This document shows positions 60,275 to 64,000 of a DNA stretch of 64,000 bases, piece by piece. The notes under the pieces were generated by a model. The model made no database searches. It saw only the letters and a list, made by a program, of their open reading frames with translations, and was not told the origin of the DNA. The first letter of the stretch is position 1, and each line of letters starts with the position of its first letter. Source of the stretch: Opitutaceae bacterium (GTDB lineage Bacteria; Verrucomicrobiota; Verrucomicrobiia; Opitutales; Opitutaceae); NCBI GenBank assembly GCA_028284385.1, contig JANQRT010000005.1, forward strand, positions 15,660 to 79,659, written 5' to 3'. The position numbers were made by a program, and so were the translations under genes.

Positions 60275-60584
60275 CGAATAAGACTTAAGGAAGTCTACTA
60301 TCTCGGAGGTGTTTCCAAGCGTCAATGACTGAAACCTGTCCTCAAATGGTAATCGGGAAGGTCCTGTCGAGGCCATTAGCAATGGGCTGTTCCAGCAGCT
60401 AACCATATTGTCACCACGTATCGAGACCGCCTATGGATTCGAAATACGAGCGAGTTAAGATTATTTTAACTCCGAATAGATCCAAACTCTAGAATAGGAC
60501 GTGTAGTTGGTTAACGCCGATTTCGACAACTGAATGCCAAGCACAGCTGTAGTTGTCGAACGGATATAGATAACCACTAAAAAA

Positions 60585-61967
60585 ATGCCTTATAAGCCTA
60601 GCTTCCTACTCTCGCGATGTCTGTTCATGATTGCATTCGCCCTGGGGTGCTCGCTTCAAGTCCATTTATGCGAAGCCCATCCGGAGCATTCGCATGAGGA
60701 TGAGAAGATGGATCTGGAAGGTCGCGTTCTAGAGAGCTTGAAGAATTCTATTCTTAAGTCTCTTCCCACTAAAGATCGCTCTTCTCGGATTACAGTTTTG
60801 CAAGAGGCTTTAAGAAAAAGCGGTTTTGAAGAACGCAGGCTAAATGAGCTCGGATGGGCTTTCGTGGAACTCGCCCGCAGGACTCAAAACGAAAGCTACT
60901 ATGGCTTAGTCCAATCCACTACAGAAATTAGCAAGCGATTGTATGGAGAGTCCGATGACGTTTTGCTTCTAAGAGGGCATACGCTTCTTCAGCAGCATCG
61001 ATTCAAGGAGGTGGAATCATTGGCTCATAAACTCGCCAAGAAACGCGGTCTTCCTAGCGACTTAATTCTTCTTGGCGATGCCCTCATGGAGCAAGGACGG
61101 CTTCTCGAAGCGGCATCCGCCTATCAGGCAGCTGTTAATCAGAGGCCTGATCTATCGGCTTTAGCTAGGGTTGCTCGTTTGCGATGGTTGACGGGAGATG
61201 CCGAGGGGTCGATCGATGCCTGGCATAAGGCCCTGCGAGTGGGGTTCAAAGGAGATGAGGAAGCCTTTGCTTGGTGCGCTTCCCAACTGGGGGAAACCTA
61301 TCTAGCAACAGGGGATCTTGCGCTGGCTGAATCATGGGCCGATGCAGCTTTAAGGCGAGTCAATGATTACGGACATGCGACCTTTCTAAAAGGCAAAGCG
61401 CGTTGGTTTTCTGGCCAAGAAAATGATAGTGAAATTTGGATACGAAAAGCCATCGAAATCGATCCTTTGCCTGAGCGTCAATGGTGGTTGGAAGACGTTT
61501 TGCAGCGGCAGGGGCGAAGAGTCGAAGCAGAGGCGATCAGCGATTCGTTAATGCTAGATGGATCGAATCACGATGCTAGGGGATTGGCTCTTTATTTGGC
61601 TTCTCGCGGTGTAGACATGGATCGAGCGATGAAGCTGGCTGAGGAGGAAATCGAAATGCGGTCCGATAGCGCGACGCTCGACGTTCTAGGTCTGGTTCAA
61701 ATGGAATCAGGCCATATGGAGGTAGCTCAAGAAAGCTTTATCCGAGCTTTGGATACGGGAATTCAGGATGGGCGACTTTTGCTGCATGTCGGAACTCTTG
61801 AATTTGCTAAAGGAAACCACGCCGAAGCTCTCCAGTTTTTTGAAGACTCTAATTGTATGAAATTTCAAATGACACCATCTGAAATTGAAGTTCTGAATGA
61901 ACTAATGGCCGAGGCGAAGGCTTCACTTTCAGCTAACCGTTCAACACTTTCGCATAAGGCCTATTAA
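60585..61967 (+). CDS. secreted tetratricopeptide-repeat protein
   Basis: 460 aa with a signal peptide and multiple TPR-like helical pairs (AASAYQAAVNQRPD, GDLALAESWADAALR, etc.). Confidence 0.75.
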   Translation: MPYKPSFLLSRCLFMIAFALGCSLQVHLCEAHPEHSHEDEKMDLEGRVLESLKNSILKSLPTKDRSSRITVLQEALRKSGFEERRLNELGWAFVELARRTQNESYYGLVQSTTEISKRLYGESDDVLLLRGHTLLQQHRFKEVESLAHKLAKKRGLPSDLILLGDALMEQGRLLEAASAYQAAVNQRPDLSALARVARLRWLTGDAEGSIDAWHKALRVGFKGDEEAFAWCASQLGETYLATGDLALAESWADAALRRVNDYGHATFLKGKARWFSGQENDSEIWIRKAIEIDPLPERQWWLEDVLQRQGRRVEAEAISDSLMLDGSNHDARGLALYLASRGVDMDRAMKLAEEEIEMRSDSATLDVLGLVQMESGHMEVAQESFIRALDTGIQDGRLLLHVGTLEFAKGNHAEALQFFEDSNCMKFQMTPSEIEVLNELMAEAKASLSANRSTLSHKAY

Positions 61968-61968
61968 G

Positions 61969-63852
61969 ATGATGAAATCAAGAATGACGAAATACAGTTG
62001 CCAGTTTTTTGGATACGCTACTGCAGTCGCTTTGGTGTTCGGTAGCTGGCAGATGATGCAGGCGTCCAGCCATATGGATGCTCCGTTGATTACTTACGAC
62101 GATCCAGCCAACTTGGCCGATGTCTACGCCTTCCTGACTGAGCGGGATGGCGAGAAACGACTGGTTGTTGGTCTATCAACCTATCCTTTTGAAGAGCCTG
62201 GCATAGGGCCCAACAAATATAATTTCGATCCCGACGTCCTGTATCAGATTCATCTGTCTTTGGGCGATAACGTGGCCAGTGGTGGCGATTCGATTTCCTA
62301 TCAATTCCAGTTCGATACCAGCTACGCCACAGAGCAGACGATCCTCCAGTCCTACCTCGGAGTGATTGATACGATTGGCGACGCCAGTCAGAATCTACTG
62401 CAGGCCTACACGATTACGAAAGTCGATCATGATGCGAACACGACGGTTGCATTGGGATCGGGTTTCGTGCCGCCAAACAACCAGGGTATCGCTACGCCAC
62501 TTTACAACATCGGAAACGATGGCTCCCAGCCAGCTCGACCTGGGGTCAGCAGCGAGTTAGCCCTGGATAGCTATACGCAACAAGCCATTACATCATTAGA
62601 AGATGGATACCGCGTCTTTGCTGGGCAACGTGAAGATGGATTCTATGCCGATATTCAAGCCATTTTCGATCTGCTCAGTCTTCGCTCAGGTTCTGAGTCG
62701 TTTGATAGCCAGTCTGGATACAACACTCATGTTATCATGCTCGAAATTCCGGTGAGCGAATTGGGTGGCGATATGCAAGTCGTCGGCGTGCATGCTACGA
62801 CTAGCCGGAAAGCGATGCGCGTTCTCAACGATGGCGAAGGATCAGCCGATCCCAGTAACGATGGTGATTGGATACAAGTGGGTCGTCTGGGAAATCCTCT
62901 TTTCTGCGAGGCTCTTGTGGCTATTGAGGACAAGAATCTCTACAATCGGACAAAGCCTACCTCCGACGCTACGATTTTCGCGAAATACGCCGAAACTCCG
63001 GAACTAGCAGGCTTGATAAACGCCCTTGTATTTGGCGGCGACGCCGTTGCTCCTGCTAATGAAAGAGCCGATCTTGTAGGTATTTTTATTCCTGATACGA
63101 TTAAAGTAGACCTGTCGACAGAACCTGCTCGACTGGCTGGTGGAGGATCTAATTCAAGTTTACCTGATCAAGACGGGTTTTCGCGGTTGGGCATTTTCGG
63201 AGGAGATACTTTGCTTAGCCAAGTTTCCGCCGGTTTTGGTGATGGGCTAGTATCAGGCGGCTGGCCTAATGGTCGACGCTTTGGAGACGACGTAATCGAC
63301 ATCGCGGTCACAGCTGTAATCAGTGACCTTCGCACTGATCCGCTTACGATTCGCTCGGCCGATGGTATTGACAATGTGAGTACGAACGACTCTGTTTACA
63401 ATCAAGTCTTCCCTTATGCTGCCACGCCTCATAATGGTCGGAACAGCAAGCACAATGCAAGCCTAGTAGTCCAAACGTCGCCACGCCTTTTCAACATCTC
63501 TTCACGTGGTGCGGTTGGAACTGGCGACGATGTGTTGATCGGTGGATTTATAGTTACCGGCGATGGCCCTGTTAAAGTTCTCATTCGAGCTATGGGTCCC
63601 TCATTGCCTGGACTTGCGAATCCGCTTCTGGATCCCGTCATTGAAGTTTATGACAGTGGAACCAAAATCCTCGAAAATGACGATTGGATTTCCGACAATC
63701 GCGAAGCGATCGAGGCGACGCCTTTCACTCCCGGAGACGATCGGGAAGCGGCAATCCTTGTCGAACTCGAGCCCGGAGCTTATGGCACTATTGTGAGTGG
63801 CAAGAATGGGAGCACGGGTGTTGGACTGTTCGATGCTCACTTGATCGAATAG
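61969..63852 (+). CDS. DUF4331 family secreted protein with extra C-terminal beta domain
   Basis: 627 aa. After the signal peptide comes the DUF4331-type start SSHMDAPLITYDDPANLADVYAF. The last 121 aa (from LFNISSRGAVGTGDDVLIGGFIV) form a separate module. The gene starts 2 nt after the TPR gene. Confidence 0.72.
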   Translation: MMKSRMTKYSCQFFGYATAVALVFGSWQMMQASSHMDAPLITYDDPANLADVYAFLTERDGEKRLVVGLSTYPFEEPGIGPNKYNFDPDVLYQIHLSLGDNVASGGDSISYQFQFDTSYATEQTILQSYLGVIDTIGDASQNLLQAYTITKVDHDANTTVALGSGFVPPNNQGIATPLYNIGNDGSQPARPGVSSELALDSYTQQAITSLEDGYRVFAGQREDGFYADIQAIFDLLSLRSGSESFDSQSGYNTHVIMLEIPVSELGGDMQVVGVHATTSRKAMRVLNDGEGSADPSNDGDWIQVGRLGNPLFCEALVAIEDKNLYNRTKPTSDATIFAKYAETPELAGLINALVFGGDAVAPANERADLVGIFIPDTIKVDLSTEPARLAGGGSNSSLPDQDGFSRLGIFGGDTLLSQVSAGFGDGLVSGGWPNGRRFGDDVIDIAVTAVISDLRTDPLTIRSADGIDNVSTNDSVYNQVFPYAATPHNGRNSKHNASLVVQTSPRLFNISSRGAVGTGDDVLIGGFIVTGDGPVKVLIRAMGPSLPGLANPLLDPVIEVYDSGTKILENDDWISDNREAIEATPFTPGDDREAAILVELEPGAYGTIVSGKNGSTGVGLFDAHLIE

Positions 63853-64000
63853 TCGAAAGAATTCCACACACACGCCATTGCGTGTCGATTTCACGCAAAT
63901 AATGGGAGGTCGGTCGAGGAGCCGGCCTCTCTTTGACTTACCAGATAGAAGCTCGACATGAGGTGATACATGGCTTGAGTCTCCCGCTGTCCATGTACGA

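Overview
This is a dense 64-kb chromosomal window from a diderm, LPS-making bacterium. I cannot assign taxonomy from the sequence alone. It holds about 60 protein genes, nearly all housekeeping.

Main gene groups:
- Information processing: dnaA, ligA, ftsK, rodZ, pyrG, proA, grpE-dnaJ, gluQ, rsmE, and the phoH-pgpH-ybeY cluster.
- Ion transport and envelope: trkA-trkH, uppP, waaA, and kdsC-lptC-lptA-lptB followed by hprK.
- Other: rpiB, manA, a heterodimeric ABC exporter operon, a BlaI/BlaR1-type pair, an ECF sigma/anti-sigma pair, and two tRNAs (Leu-CAA, Pro-GGG).

I saw no rRNA, CRISPR array, transposase, integrase or phage genes, so this is not an obvious accessory island.

Observations worth follow-up:
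1. One ORF has the lipoyl domain, linker and E3-binding domain of a 2-oxoacid-dehydrogenase E2, but a complete FabH (KAS III) replaces the E2 acyltransferase core.
2. About 12 kb away, a fused E1 alpha/beta gene is tightly linked to kdsC-lptCAB. Together the two could form an E2-core-less route that primes fatty-acid synthesis.
3. Upstream of rsmE lie two tandem sRNA-like modules of about 90 nt. Each has a conserved GAAC-N16-CGYC (ECF-sigma-like) promoter and a GC-rich intrinsic terminator.
4. A structured repeat of about 130-170 nt follows both tRNAs directly. Its substitutions preserve pairing only in the plus-sense RNA.
5. An sRNA- or leader-like module with a strong terminator sits upstream of the ABC exporter operon.

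All functional interpretations beyond motif recognition are inference. No database search or folding computation was possible.
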